Assembly: GCF_009914755.1 (NCBI RefSeq)
Contig: NC_060934.1
Length of the DNA: 64,000 nucleotides
Origin: the human T2T-CHM13v2.0 reference genome, Homo sapiens
Reading direction: 5' to 3' (one strand)
The first letter of the stretch is position 1. Every line of letters begins with the position of its first letter. Below the pieces are notes generated by a model. It ran no database searches, was not told where the DNA came from, and saw only the letters and a program-made list of their open reading frames with translations. Of the stretch, positions 33,508 through 49,611 are shown piece after piece. Both the position numbers and the translations under genes were made by a program.

Positions 33508-34534
33508 CGTGAAAGTAGACAACTCTCCACGGGCCAGGATGACCAGAAGCTCAGTAAATGTTGCTGAGGTAAGAGACAGAGCAGCTGTGACAAGTGCGAT
33601 GACTTCTTTGCTCTTATACATTTCCTTCATTTTGTTCGCATATTCTTCCTGGTCCAAATCTGTATTTACTATGCTGAAAACTTTAATATAGGATCCATAT
33701 TCTAAATGATCCTAGTTTGTGTAAGGCATTTTTTCTTAAGTATTTCCAATAACTTTTAAAAACTACATTAACTTTTAAAATGGAAACAGAACTCCTCGTA
33801 AAGAAGGTTTTTTTGTTTGAAGGAACATCTTGCTAAGTCTGCTTGAAGAAGACGGGATTTTGTAAGCACACATGCCAGCAGGTACCAAAATCTCGGAGAA
33901 TGATGGAAGCCCCACTGTATGAAAGGGGAAGAATTGATTGCTTTTGCTCTTTTGAAAAAAAAAATTCCTCCTCCATCTTCCCTACAGAAATCTTCAGCAA
34001 GACGCTCTCTGTTCTTAAAGACGTTGTGTGCATTTGGTTTGCTGTTTGTGTTCATCCTTTTGATGAGGCTGAGTTTCACATCTGGGTCAGCCTAGTAGGA
34101 AATAGGTACTATCACACATATCAAAGCTGGAGTCCAGGTAGAGGGGAGACACAAGACAGAGGATACACCTGGGGAATCCCAGGAATTGGGAAGAGAGTTT
34201 TGGATTTCTGGAGGCTACAGAATTGAGCAATTTGAGTCACTTCCCGTACCTCCCCAGTGTATGAGTGGTACGGAGGCCCTCATCCGTAACTGGGGTGCAT
34301 CCTACATTATAAGTTTTTTGAGAAACGGGACTGTTGGGTCTTATACTTCTTTTTCTAATCTCCTAAAAAACCTACATGGCATTAAGCACAATAGAAAATG
34401 TTACAAATATTTATTTGAAATATTGTATTTTATTTATAAGAAAACAGAAAATACTCAACTTCACAGCACATAAATAAGCATTTTTTCCAACTGTCTTGTA
34501 CAATTTTTTAAAATGTAATTTCTTATTCAGACTT

Positions 34535-35010
34535 AAAAAAAGAAGAAAATCTTGCCATTTGCAACAACATGGATGAAGCTCAAGGACATTATGTTAAAGT
34601 GAAATAAGCCAGACACAGAAAGACAAATACTGCATAATCTCACTTATATGGGGAATCTAAAAAAGTCAAACTCATAGAAATAGAGAGTGTAATGGTGGTG
34701 AGCAGCGTCGATGAGGTAGGGGAAATGGGGAGATGTTGTTCAAAGGACACGAAGTTGCAGTTATAAGATGAATAAGTCCTGAAGACCAAATGGATAGACT
34801 GTGGTTGATAATAACACCTTGTACCTTTGAAATTTGCTAAGAGAGCAGATCTTAAGTATTCTCACCACAAAAAAGTAACTATGTGAGGTAATGTATATGT
34901 TAATTAGCTTCATTGTGGTAATCATTTCAAAACATATACATATATCAAAACATCACATTGTACACCTTAAATGTAAACAATTTTTAATGTCAATTATACT
35001 TGAGTAAAGC
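34535..35010 (+). mobile_element. L1MA-type 3' end
   Basis: GCCATTTGCAACAACATGGATGAA...GTGAAATAAGCCAGACACAGAAAGACAAATAC. Confidence 0.85.
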
Positions 35011-35125
35011 GGGGGGAAAATGGTCACTTTCATAGTTTAAAAAATGTAATTTTCTTAAATTCTTGGTCATCAATCATAGACTTATAAAATAAAACAAGCA
35101 ACAAACAAAAATGTAATTTTCTAAC

Positions 35126-35213
35126 CTCAGTAAATCTAGTTCACTAAAATGAGCCAAAATTTCTAATGATCCAACTCTGAACCATGATTCTGCAGCACAC
35201 AGCACTACTGCGC
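35126..35213 (-). pseudogene. SELENOOLP: SelO-like exon (GAVVLCAAESWFRVGSLEILAHFSELDLLR)
   Basis: TTTAAG acceptor, GTTAGA donor, 88 nt; aligns to YdiU GAMLMRVAPSHLRFGHFE. Confidence 0.9.
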
Positions 35214-37575
35214 CTTAAAGAGAAACATTTATTGGCCTGGCGTGGTGGCTCACACCTATAATCCCAGCAATTTGGGAGGCTGAGGTGGGTGGATCACGAG
35301 GTCAGGAGTTTGAGACCAGCCTGACCAACATGGTGAAATCCCGTCTCTACCAGCCTGACCAACATGGTGAAATCCCATCTCTACCAAAAATACAAAAAAA
35401 AAAAAAAATTAGCTGGGTGTGGTGGCAGGCGCCTGTAATCCCAGCTACTCAGGAGGCTGTGACAGCAGAATCACGTGAATCTGGGAAGGCTGAGGTTGCA
35501 GTGAGCCTAGATCATGCCACTGCACTCCCACCTAGGCAACAAGAGTGAGACTCCACCTCAAAAAAAAAAAAAGAGAAACATTTATTTTAAAAAATTATTT
35601 TAATAAAAAATAAAATAGTCCCTGAGATTATCAGAAAAATAACTAATTTACATCCATAAAGGATCAGGGGCATTTCTTTATTCCTTAAAGAATGAAACAG
35701 AATGTCCAGAATCACACTTTTACAGCCAGCAAGCCTCTAATCTAGCTAAAGGCTGAGAGAGGGGCTCCAAACTCTTGATTCCCCACTTGTCTCATCAATA
35801 GTGACTATTTCACTGTACTTGATCCTGAATAAGGGAATGAATTATTTATTTTGCATATGTCCTTAACATAAATACAATCAGTAAATACAACTCACGTTTC
35901 TTTCTCATAAGGAATGCTGTACTTACAGGTGTTTAGATGTCAAGATGAATTCCACACCAGGGTGACAGCCCCTGCCCTGTGGCTGCTGTCCTTCAATACA
36001 GTCCTGCACTCACTACCTCTGGGCCTTTGTTGATTCTCTTCTCCCTTCTGCCACACAACCCACTCCCTGTCCTCCCCCTTCTGAAATCCTACCTAACCTT
36101 CTACTCAAGATCGATTTCCTCTTCCTCCATAAAGCTAACCTGATCCATCTCTCTTTAACTGACCTCTGATTTTGTATAGTTCATTTGTTCCATGTGTTAA
36201 ATATTTTTTCTTCAAAGACTGTGATTTTCTTAGGACCAGGGACTATGGCATACTTATTACTCCCAGGCTGGGCATGGTGGTTCACACCTGTAATCCCAAC
36301 ATTGTGGGAGACCAAGGCGGGAAGACTGTTTGAGCCCAGAGTTCAAGACCAGCCTGATCAATATAGCAAGACCTCATCTCTACATAAATTAATTAATTAA
36401 TTACTTAAAGAAATACTTATTACTCCTGGACCCTTTAAAGTATAGCCCAATGGTAGTCACAGAAAAGGGCCAATAAGTAGTTTTGGGTTGACTGGATTAT
36501 TCATACAGTCAGGACCCATTCACAATATTAATCTGGATATTTATGTTCATGTGTCTTTTTTTGAGCAATAAAATGCAGTCACTTTCAAAAAACACATGAG
36601 CTTAATCTATTATTCTAAATGTTTACTTCATGAACAGCCACTGAATCACATTCCTCAATATTAACACTGAAAGACACAGGGGGTTCTAGTCTAACCTCAT
36701 TTTATTTTATTTTATTTATTTTTTTGAGACAGAGTCTCACTCTTCCACCGTCATTGGAGGGCAGTGGCATGATCATAGCTCACTGCAGCCTTGATCTCCA
36801 GGCTCAAGCGATCCTCCCACCTCAGCCTCCCGAGTAGCTGGGACTACAGGTGTGCACCACCAAGTCTAGTTAATTATTTTTCTAGTTTTTTTGTTTTGTT
36901 TTGTTTTTGTAGAGACACGGTCTCCCTATGTTGCCTAGTCTGATATCAAACTCCTGGGCTCAAGCAATCATCCCACTTTGGCCTCCCAAAGTGCTAGGTT
37001 TACAGGCATGAGCCACCGTGCCCAGCCTAACCTCATTTTAGATGGCAAAAATGAGGGGCAGATTGTTTAAGCGACTTGCCCAAGTCACAAAGTGAGTTCC
37101 TGCAGGGCCAGCTCTAGGTTTCACATATTCTTTTTTCCTATCTAGCACTATTCTCACTGTACCACAGTGGCTCCTGGGCAAATGTTAGGATAAAAGCACA
37201 ATGGAAATATCTCTGCATATGTGAAGATCTAGAGATGAAAATTCTACTAATGTCCTAATAGAAGTAATACTTGAGACCATTTAAACCATTAAGATTGTGG
37301 CTTGGAATTCAGATAAACTGAATATACATGTCACAGCCACAAAAGTTAGTAGTCTTATTTATACCAGTCATACCAATAGTCTGTGACTGGAATGTCATAT
37401 CCAATCACCAAAAGCAAAAAGACCTACAAAGTTATAAGCCCACATGTAATAGTATCATTTCATCCAGATGAAATTAGAGAGAGAGAAAGACATGCTGTAA
37501 AAATAAATAACCCATAATTCCTTTAAGCATGAATATTTTGGGGGAATTTTTAAATGAAAATCTTATAAAAACATA

Positions 37576-37728
37576 TTGCTACAGTCTGACAATTTTCATC
37601 CCCCCAAAATTCCTGTGTTGAAACCCAATCACCAAAGTGATGGTATTAGAAAATAGGGTCTTTAGGAGGTGAGTCGGTAATGAAGCCTCCATCCTCATGA
37701 ATGGGGTTCGTGTCCTTATAAAAGAGGC
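37576..37728 (+). mobile_element. Truncated MaLR (MLT1A/MST-like) LTR
   Basis: TGCTACAGTCTGA...CCCCCAAAATTC...CCTCATGAATGGG...CCTTATAAAAGAGGCC, ending abruptly at the SelO-like exon. Confidence 0.8.
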
Positions 37729-37785
37729 CGGGAGTATGGAGTCCTTCCTGAACCTTTTAATTGGAGCTCCCACTTTTCACCCCTC
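37729..37785 (-). pseudogene. SELENOOLP: SelO-like exon (RGEKWELQLKGSGRTPYSR)
   Basis: Poly-T...GAAG acceptor; canonical SelO WxxxLKGxGxTPYSR motif; donor replaced by LTR sequence. Confidence 0.93.
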
Positions 37786-37864
37786 CTTCAAAAAAAAAAC
37801 ACATATTAGAAGATTCATGTTAATATTTAGCAGAAAAGCTATTATACAAGAAAGCATGTGGTAC

Positions 37865-37929
37865 CTGTTCCTATAAATTCCAATAGGGTGGGCTCTTCCA
37901 TCTGTAAGCTGATCTGCCCATATCCCAAA
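37865..37929 (-). pseudogene. SELENOOLP: SelO-like exon (FGIWADQLTDGRAHPIGIYRNR)
   Basis: CTCTTTAG acceptor and GTACCA donor; matches SelO FGxWAGQLGDGR; phase 0 continues from YGGHQ. Confidence 0.92.
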
Positions 37930-38538
37930 CTAAAGAGGAAAAAGGAAAATTGTTTATTAATCTTTACAGCATTTACAGTAATTCTTATAGTCAAGGCCAT
38001 TTGGTCAACGAGGAGAATGAGGTATTACATATTTGGAATTATAATACTCAACGACTGGAATAAAGGTGAAAAAATTCAATCAATAAAACATAAGTGAAAT
38101 TCACTTAATAAAATATAAATTTAGGCCTGGCGCGGTGGCTCACGCCTGTAATCCCAGCACTTTGGGAGGCTGAGGCGGGTGGATCACGAGGTCAGGAGAT
38201 TGAGACCATCCTGGCTATCACAGTGAAACCCCGTCTCTACTAAAAATACAAAAAATTAACCTGGTGTGGTGGCGGGTGTCTGTAGTCCCAGCTACTCGGG
38301 AGGCTGAGGCAGGAGAATGGCGTGAACCCAGGAGGCAGGGCTTGCAGTGAGCCCAGATCGCGCCTGCACTCCAGCCTGGGCGACAGAGCGAGACTCCGTC
38401 TCAAAAAATAAAAAGTAAAATAAAATAAAATATAAATTTGAAACATAATTCATTCCTCCATCAGCTTATAAGTAAACTTAAACTTATTAGGTGTAGAACT
38501 TCTAAAATTGATCTACTTAATTAAGGAATATGAACTAG

Positions 38539-38778
<240 letters not shown>

Positions 38779-39294
38779 TAATTTTTTAATTTTTTTGCAA
38801 ACAGGGCCTTGCTATGTCACCTGGCTAGACTCATCCTGGCATCAAGGAATGTTCCCACCTCCGTCCCCCAAAGTACTGGTATTATAGCTGTGAGTTGTGA
38901 CATTATACCTAGCTAAAAACATTGCTTTTGAACTTGCATGGTTAAATGTTTCCACATTTTCTGTTAAAATATATTTACGGTTGTTCAACTTTCAACTATG
39001 CAACTTACTAGCTGTGCAAATTTGTTTGAGTTACTTAATCTCATTGAGACTGACCTTTCATTTCTATAAAATGAGATAACCTTTGCCCGGTTGTTTTAAG
39101 AAGGAATGGTAATGTGTGCAAAGTGCCTTGTACTATGTCCAACATAACCCAGGTGCCTAAAAGACGGTCGTTAGTATTACAATACTGGATTGCCAACAAT
39201 CATTTGCTAACTTAGACATCACTCCATTCTCAGCATAGATATTATTTCCACCAGAAAGTCTTCTTTGACTCTTTGGGACTAGGAGGATGGTGCT

Positions 39295-39725
39295 GTGTGG
39301 TGGTTTATACTGAGAGTGCCAACTTGATTGGATTGGAGGATGCAAAGTATTGCTCCTGGGTGTGTCTTTGAGAGTGTTGCCAAAGGAAATTAACATTTGA
39401 GTCAGTGAACTGGGAAATCACCCTCAGTCTAGGTTGGCACAATCTAATCAGCTGCCAGTCAGAATAACAGCAGGCAGAAGAATGTGGAGAGACTAGACTG
39501 GCTTAGGCTCCCAGCCTATGTCTTTCTCCTGTGCTGGGTGCTTCCTGCCCTCGAATATCAGACTCCAAGTTCTTCAGCTTTGAGACTTGGACTGGCTTCC
39601 TTGCTCCTCAGCTAGCAGATGGCCTATTGTGAGACCTTGTGATTGTGTAAGGAGTACCTTAAAAAACTCCCCTTTATATATATGTATCCTATTAGTTCTG
39701 TCCCTCTAGAGAACACTACTACATG
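39295..39725 (+). mobile_element. MLT2 (ERVL) LTR
   Basis: TGTGGTGGTTTATACTGAGAGTGCCAACTTGATTGGATTG...CCTATTAGTTCTGTCCCTCTAGAGAAC. Confidence 0.85.
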
Positions 39726-40340
39726 CTGTAACTTCCCATGACTCCTATACTTATCCTTATCACAACCTTGATGTTATTGGAATTCATTTATTCATCTCTC
39801 ACCTCTCTTAGAATATGAGCAATCTGATGGAAGAAGGCAGGTCTGGTTCACTATTGTAGCTCCCAGAATATATAAGGAGTCTATAAACAGCTGTGAAATA
39901 GTTAAATGATGCTTAATTTCTGGAATAAAAACGTGAAATTAAGAAAAATCTATCCAGTATTTTAACTTTTCATTTTAATCAGGAACAGACCCTCAGTAAT
40001 TAATTTTATCTATGGAATAAGTATAAGAACACAAGTCTGAGAGTTGCTCTGGAAAGCTCTAGAGTCCACAATACCTTAAGTCTATTCCACACCATGAAAA
40101 GGGAATAGAAAGAATGATACTTGCTAGGAGTGAAATCAGGGGAATCAGAAAGCTAGTTTTCCACCAATAAAAGGCAAACCGTTTTCTGCACTGTTCATTC
40201 AAAATGGCAAAGTCATCCTTACAAATAAATATTTATAACACAATTTCAGATCAAGAAGAAGCACAAATGTGAAACTGATTAAAAGCTTTTATATAATGTA
40301 CTAAGAAAAAACCCACAAAAGAATAGCTTAACAAAACTCT

Positions 40341-41067
<727 letters not shown>

Positions 41068-41344
41068 TCAAATGCATTTAATCCAGATGAGAGATGGCTT
41101 TTTGAACCGTGGAATCCCTGCATTTGGGCACTAGAAAAGACCAAAAGGGTCATTTAGTTCAGAAGTTTCTAAACTGAGAAACAGTTCAGCAAAACGTTAA
41201 TAGTAATGACTTAAACAAAACAACAAAACCCTGCAGTCAAATGTTTGGAAATTGGTGCGTTAAATAAAATTAAGCAGATGTCTTCGCCATAGCACTTCTC
41301 ACAACTGGAATGACGTGGATCAGCCCTCTCACATTACAGATCAA

Positions 41345-42828
<1,484 letters not shown>

Positions 42829-43261
42829 AGTTTGTCACAGGTGACCCTTAAAGTCCTCCTAATGGCTTGATTACTTTGCCTCTTAGTCTACAGGACTTTG
42901 AAGAAGAAAGGAAATAACTAACCCAGCAAACCAGAACCTGATGTTATAATAATTGTAATAGTTCACATGTTAAGCACTTTTCATGTATTTCCTAATTCAA
43001 TCCTACACCAACCCTATGATACTTTACTATTTGTCTTAAAAATTGTTCCTGACCAAACCAGCCTTACCAAAAAACCCCCAAACGACCAGAGAGTGTTAAT
43101 CTTATCTAGCTTACAGGAAAGTCACAGAAATTCAACAATTGGTCTTATGTTCCCGTTTCTTTTTTTAATTAGTCAGATACCATACCCTGAACTTGTTTTA
43201 ACATCTTGCTTTATTTCCAGAATGTTCCTTAATTCCTTCCTGATTTCTGCAGCACATATAA

Positions 43262-43594
<333 letters not shown>

Positions 43595-44014
43595 TAGGCT
43601 CAAGTGATCTGCCTGCCTCGGCCTCATAAAATGCTGAGATTATAGGCGTGAGCCACTGCACCTGGCTTATTTGTCCTTTTATATTCACACGTTGTACTGC
43701 TTCATTTTGCCAAAATCTCTTGCCAAAAGTGCACTGAGTGAGTTCTCTAGCAATAATCCACAGAAATTTTCTGTTTTTGCTGCTCCAGTATTCTCAATGC
43801 CATTCAAAGAATTAAGTTCTAGCTTTAGCACAGCAAGAAATCACATCAGCTAATCTATAAACATCTTCTGATGACATATTCCTTTAGGTACATCTTGTTG
43901 AACTCCCAATGCACTAATTTAAAACTTAACACAAAAATAATTTCCTTAGTAGGACAGCATTTCCATCAAATAATTCTATTTGCATAAGGGAAGTTGTGCT
44001 GTTGCTACTCTTAC

Positions 44015-44129
44015 CTGGTGGCCCCCATATCAGTGAGCCAGTGGAATGGATCCAAACACTACCTTTTGGCCACTTATAAGCAGGATAAAAATCATCTACT
44101 TCTGACACAGATAAATCAAGGTCCAAAAG
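44015..44129 (-). pseudogene. SELENOOLP: SelO-like exon (LDLDLSVSEVDDF / +1 frameshift / ILLISGQKVVFGSIPLAH*YGGHQ)
   Basis: Matches SelO PLAxxYxGHQ motif. GTAAGA donor; TGA at 44030-44032; 5' end abuts a truncated Alu with no acceptor. Confidence 0.9.
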
Positions 44130-44400
44130 AGACGAGGTTTCTCTATGTTGGTCAAGCTGGTCACGAACTCCCGACCTCAGGTGATCCACCTGCCTCGGCC
44201 TCCCAAAGTGCTGGGATTACAGGCATGAGTGACAGCACCTGGCCTCAAAGTGTGATTTCTAAGAATGACATCTCCATGTATTTGAATTTTAAACACAGGT
44301 AATCATGTATAATTAGACTAATAATATTAACTCTAAAAATTATTTTAAACAAATATTTTAGTGAGTTAAGTATTTGTGTGGTGAAAAAATAATGCCTAAC

Positions 44401-44519
44401 TTTTGAAACTGCTACAAGACATACTCTTGATTTGAAAGGAGTTGAGAAGGAGGTTGAAAAAATACAGTTTTCCACTTTATGAACATAATTTTCTTTCACA
44501 GGATCAACAGGAAACATAG
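44401..44519 (-). pseudogene. SELENOOLP: SelO-like exon (AMFPVDPVKENYVHKVENCIFSTSFSTPFKSRVCLVAVSK)
   Basis: TTTATCAG acceptor, GTTAGG donor, 119 nt open frame; PxDP...PTP-like N-terminal segment typical of SelO. Confidence 0.85.
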
Positions 44520-44873
44520 CTGATAAAACACCCTTCTTAGTGTTCTCATTTGTTGCATATACAGCACTAATATCCCTTAGAAAGTGTATGGTTCTTCAAG
44601 AAACTCAAGTCACTATTTTCTTCATGCTTTGTTATTTAAAGGGTGCTTTGTCATTTCAACACGATCTAGCCAACATTGATTTAGGTCAGTACATGGAACT
44701 GTTCAAGAGGCTAGGAAATGGAAAAAGCTTAAAACAGTAAGACACATATCCTGTCTTCAAAGATCTTCAGTCATGGAAAGCAAATCGGATTGCAATATAT
44801 TTATAAATATATATATAATATATATATACACACACACATATATATATTGTTTTTTGTTGTTGTTATTGTTTGA

Positions 44874-45169
<296 letters not shown>

Positions 45170-47234
45170 TAAATGGAGGTGAGCTGCATTACAGAATTAC
45201 AAGTATAGTACTAGATAATTCAATGGAACCAAAATCCATTAGGCACATAATCACATGTATTCTGCCCTTTGGAAACACAATTTGCTAAAGGAAACAGGTA
45301 GACAAGAGACATAAATACCTTAAGACCAGACAATACATGGCTTACTAGATGCACAAAACTGCTGTAGATCCCACATATGATAGCTGCCTGCCCACAAAGC
45401 TAAAAGTTTAGAAATTGCCTCTGCAGAGACAAACTATGTCTCATAAAGTCCATACACTAAAACACATGTACCGCATTTTAAAAGCTGTAGAAGAAAAGAC
45501 AGCTTTGAACACACTTTAGACTCTCAGAACATATTTACTCTTATTTTATATACAACACCTAAACTCATAATCTGTTTTTCCAATCCAAAGCAATTAAAAC
45601 AAAAAAATTAGAAGAGAGTAGGTGTATTAATAAAACTATAAGACTAAGGGACAAAAAAACCTGTTTCTGGATAGAGATCTATTGTCAAAATGTGTCACCA
45701 AATTATTTAACAAGCATAATAGAAATCCAATTAATAGCCTAGCAGATTTTTTTTGAAAAAATAGACAATCTTAGTGTGCAAATCTGAAAAAATAAACGAT
45801 ACTTTTTTAAGTAAGAGAAACAAGTTTGCTTTTATTAAAAATTAGAAGAATACAATAACTAAAAATATTGCTATTCTAAAAATAGATGCAAAGATCAATG
45901 GAACTCAGTAAAAAGCACAGAAACAATCCAAAGCTATAAAAGAATTTCCTATGTAGTGAAAACGATATTTCAAATCACTGCAGAGAGGTAGCATTAGGGC
46001 AATTTGCTCCACTGTCTGGAGTAACGCCAATTTATTCCATCCAGGCTTGAGTGAACTAAATATCAGTTACAACAGCAATTGTCTATTTTATTCAAATGAG
46101 TACTAAAAACAGGCGAATATGGGCTGCATTTCACCCTTTAGATGTCCACTTAAGTCCATGATGTATTATAAGGTAGCATCCTGGGGGAATAAATGTGTAG
46201 TCAATCAAAAAGTGGCAGATTTTAGCATTCACACCAGAAAACCAGACAATATGATTATAAGTGGAAGAACCAACAGTATACTTTCTGCTTTGGTAGGACA
46301 GCCTCTGTGTGGAATTAACTAGATTATATAATTAACACAATCTCCTTTATGATGCTCTAACATTGGTAGGGCAAGGGCAGCATATCACGTTCCATAAGTA
46401 GTTATAATTTTGTACTGCTTGATGCGCGTCCCGGCAAGACAGCTGCTGGTCAATACATGTGATCACCAGCCATGGAACAAAAAAGGCTATTTCAGGCATA
46501 TTCAACCCTCACCCATGTGATGCTTTAACAAGCTAATAAGTCATAGACTAAAAACCCCAGAGAAAATTCCAAAAGCATACTAACCCCTTCTCTTAAGATC
46601 TCAGGAAAATCAGTACTGGCAAAATTAAATTCTTTAGAATTCAGTTTTGCATAAGACTATGAAATCCACAAAAACTAACAAAAATAAAGGTTAGTGAAAC
46701 TAACCTTTCACTGCAAATGTTTGAACCTTTTCTCTCAATAAATGTGCTTACCAGAGTAAGATAATTTGGATAATTCATTGATCATTTATCTAGTAACATC
46801 AGGATGAGATGTTTTACACAGTACTGTAAATCAAGACACAGTAATACATAGGATTATTTATTTATTTATTTGGAGACAGTGTCCCACTCTTTCATCCACA
46901 CTGGAGTGCAGTGGCACGATCGCAACTCACTGCAGCCTCGAACTCTCGAACTTCTGGGCTCAAGCAAACTTCCCCGCCTCAGCCTCCTGAGTAGCTAGGG
47001 CTACAGGCACACACCACCGCACCTGGCTAATTTTATTTTTTGTAGAGACAGGGTATTGCTTATGTTGCCTAGGCTGGTCTCGATATCTGGCCTCAAGCCA
47101 TCCTCCCACTTCAGCCTCCCAAATTTCTGGGATTACAGGCGTGACCCACTGTGTTTGTCCCGGTATTATATTTAAAATCTTTTTGGCTATAAAACCTGGT
47201 CCTATTGTAGACATTATGTTTTAAACAGTGTCAT

Positions 47235-47355
47235 CAATATGGCAAGAAAATATCTTCTAGGGTAGCTAACACTCCAACATCAATACGACAGCCTTGATCG
47301 CTTTCAGTTACACATAGGCCATTTTGATCCATCTGTACTGGCTCTTTTCATTTGT
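47235..47355 (-). pseudogene. Possible N-terminal SelO-like exon remnant (MDQNGLCVTESDQGCRIDVGVLATLE)
   Basis: Non-repeat, protein-like frame after a pyrimidine-rich ...GCCCTTAG, between the CpG island and the first clear exon. Resembles my recollection of mammalian SelO-like N-termini; the donor is not identifiable. Confidence 0.4.
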
Positions 47356-47600
47356 CTAAGGGCAGCAAAATAGACTAAAGTTGTTTTCAGACTGCACAAG
47401 AGAAGTCCGTTCTTTAGCAGTTACCTGCACAACTCATATAATGTTTTTAACTTCCTCAACTCATGCTTGGCCTAGTTGGGTCAAAAGAACTACTTGTGAA
47501 TTCCGCATGTCCAATTGGTAGCTTACTGTTTTTTCTTAAGAGTTTAGCTATACAGTAATGTTGGAAGTCTTGAGGAACTTCAACTGCTGTCCCTACTTAG

Positions 47601-47824
<224 letters not shown>

Positions 47825-48939
47825 TAGCCAGGCTGGTCTCAAACTCCTGACCTCAAGTGATCCACCTGCCTCGGCCTCCCAAAATGCTGGGATGACAGGG
47901 GTGAGCTACCGTGCCGAGCCTACAGCATCTTTTTAAGAGCAATGTTTTCTGTTTTAATGTGGCCAAGCAATCTCTAAATGAAAATGGTTTGACAAAATTG
48001 TGCAGTGCCATACTTGCCAAAACTATGTGAGCTTGAGTGTGATACTTACTTGACAATACAGTATTTCCTCTATATGTTTCCTTATCTTTTTTTTTTTTTA
48101 GGAGCAAATGATAACGTCTTAGTCCTAGGATTGTCAAGTACAACCCGAGTGCTTATTGCTACACTCTACTTGGCAAATTCTACCTGTTGAATGTTTCTTA
48201 ATATATAAACATAATCTCTACCAAGATAAGCTACAGGTGCATATTAACAATCTTCACTCATAAAGGTCTTTGCATATTTTTACATACTATTCTTCAAGAT
48301 GGAAAAAACACCATCAAACTGGCTTATTTTCATAGATGTCTTTATACAGTCTATGAGGTCTTTATTCCATTAAAAAAACACACGATTAAATATAAAATTA
48401 ATGTACCCAGCTATCAAGCTACCGCATTCTTTAACACAAGGTGTGGTTCAGAAGAACGAGAAAATACATGAATCAGAGAACTGTAATTACCTACTTGTTT
48501 GTCTATTTCCTCACTAGAGTGAATTTTTTGAGGACTAAACTGCATTTCTGTATCTCTAATGCTTACCCTCTATCTCACTGACTCTGTGTGTTTGAGTGCA
48601 TGCGCCGAATGCTTAACTATATCACTTAATTTCTGTTAGGTACACGCTGTCTCTCAGCACCAGAACAGCACCCGTAGATCTGGCCTTAGAGCTAAGGAAA
48701 GAAGGCCTTTCCAATCGATAAGGGGTACTAATCCTGTACAGACTCTGATATCTCCCGGGCTGGGTACACGCAGGTTCACACCCAGGTGTGAGCAAGATTG
48801 CCAAACTATACCTATAAGGTGTTCGGAGGAGAGAGTCCAAAAGTCGAGAGACCAGGCTAAGTTAGTTAATTTCACAATAGCCCTGATCGTGGTGGGACTT
48901 GTTCCCAGGAAGATGGGATGGGCTGAAACTTCCTTCAAG

Positions 48940-49420
48940 AACAGGTTGTGAAAGGCAGCCGACCACGGCGTAGCAGGTCACTGCCAAGGGAAGCAGAAGC
49001 GGAAACCCTCGCCTCTGGCTTAGGCTGCGGAGCGGGAACCCGATTCTCTGAGTCATGTTTCTACCTAAACACGCAAAACAAGAGTTAGTGGCTGCAAGGG
49101 TGGCGCGCGGTGCTATTTCTTGCTAATAAATGGTCCCCACTGGGACATTTTTGCTGTGACTGCAGGCTTGGCCAGTCTCCCTGCACGGATTCTGGGAAGG
49201 GGGGCGGATAGGAGGCTAGCCCCTGGGAAGGTCACTCTCGGGGTCCCCGGGCCTGGCCTCCGCGCGCCCCTGCCCCGCCGCCTCCAGGGAGCCGCCGCAG
49301 TCCCCACTGGCTGCGGACGGGCAGGCGCCTGAGGTCTCCGCGCTGGCAGCCTGGCCGCACGCGGGGAGGAGCGAACCGCCGCCCCAGGCGTGGCCAAAGC
49401 GTCGCTTCTGTCTCCTCAGA
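48940..49420 (-). promoter_or_regulatory. CpG island, probable promoter / first exon of the SelO-like pseudogene
   Basis: Dense CpG/GC stretch (GGCGCGCGG, CCGCGCGCCCC, GGGGCGG boxes) in an AT-rich background, located 5' of all minus-strand SelO-like exons. Confidence 0.7.
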
Positions 49421-49611
49421 CGATTTCTCTTCAAATAAGGAGGAAATTATTTCAGAAGACAACGAAAAAACACATTCAAAAATCATATTGAATCAGTGTT
49501 TGAAAAGAAGACAGCAAATACTCAGTTTGACTAAACAATGTATAAAATACCACCTTGTTTAGTTATTTTAGGCAATACCAAACCTTTTTTTTTAACCAAT
49601 TAAAAAAATCT

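Noticed and set aside
33768-34226. Overlapping 100+ aa ORFs as additional exons
   Set aside because: No SelO motif; the flanking SelO-like exons (35126 and 32399) already join in phase; no recognisable homology.
44030-44032. In-frame TGA in a selenoprotein-like gene as a selenocysteine codon
   Set aside because: Not the C-terminal Sec/Cys position of SelO; best explained as CGA>TGA decay; the same exon also has a frameshift and no acceptor.
48622-49486. ORFs around the CpG island as the first coding exon
   Set aside because: No recognisable similarity or convincing donor; typical chance ORFs of GC-rich sequence.
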